Assembly (NCBI GenBank): GCA_964016885.1 | Contig: CAXHJY010000904.1 | Location: forward strand, 1-13,735 | Direction of reading: 5' to 3' | DNA from: Eledone cirrhosa | Taxonomy: Eukaryota | DNA length: 13,735 bases | Part shown: piece after piece, positions 13,395-13,735 of the stretch | Layout of the letters: every line of letters starts with the position of its first letter | Numbering within the stretch: the stretch's first letter is position 1 | Notes under the pieces: generated by a model | Databases searched by the model: none | What the model saw: the letters and a program-made list of their open reading frames with translations, nothing else | Told to the model about the DNA's origin: nothing | Translations under genes and position numbers: made by a program

Positions 13395-13735
13395 AAATAA
13401 AGTTAAATAAAAGTCAAATGATTAAAATTTAGCTTCGTTTATTACTGCTATATATATTTCAGTGACAGCCATCTCTGGCTGTGACCTCTTCAGGCAGTTT
13501 GAATTAGTATGGTATAGACAAGTACATATGTTGTTTAGGTGTATGATATTGTCAATACTCTGATATGCCCAGTTCCTTGTTGGGTTGTTAATTCACTGGG
13601 GAACTGGAGTCATATGAATTCAAACAAACGAATTTTAGTGTCACAGGTCCCCTTCTCCTCTCATTGGTCAGTTATTAGTGTTGTCATTGTTGGAGTTAGC
13701 TTAAAAATTGATAAAATGGTAGAAGGGACAAGGTG
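13395..13735. other. Unique non-repetitive flank, unassigned (intronic/intergenic-like)
   Basis: AT-rich, with no ORF in the supplied track and no recognisable motif. Confidence 0.5.

Noticed and set aside
13455-13610. Short inverted repeats (ACAGCCA/TGGCTGT; CCAGTTCC/GGAACTGG) and a TTTCAG acceptor-like site in the right flank
   Set aside because: Too short to distinguish from chance, with no supporting ORF, ribozyme core or terminal-repeat structure.

Overview
Eukaryotic (probably invertebrate) non-coding, repeat-dominated window with no credible intact protein-coding gene; every supplied ORF is a translation of (AT)n microsatellite or of the repeat unit. From left to right: (i) 1-345, a frameshifted minus-strand fragment of the C-terminal Zn-finger/GIY-YIG endonuclease of a Penelope-like retroelement (PLE); (ii) a compound (AT)n tract; (iii) about 20 essentially identical copies of a highly structured 422-bp unit, arranged as two inverted arrays (13.8 copies at 1144-6967, 6.3 copies at 6964-9616) joined through a 4-nt TGAA microhomology; (iv) a duplicated array/microsatellite junction in exact 422-bp register; (v) about 3.3 kb of compound (AT)n that switches polarity near 11724; (vi) about 340 bp of unassigned unique DNA. 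Each 422-bp unit carries a type I hammerhead ribozyme motif (CUGACGA...GAAAC-UA-GUA, long helix I, palindromic minimal helix III). The array therefore looks like a non-LTR retrozyme or PLE-associated circular-RNA element. Its geometry fits rolling-circle reverse transcription primed from both ends of a break in an (AT)n target, although this mechanism is inferred.
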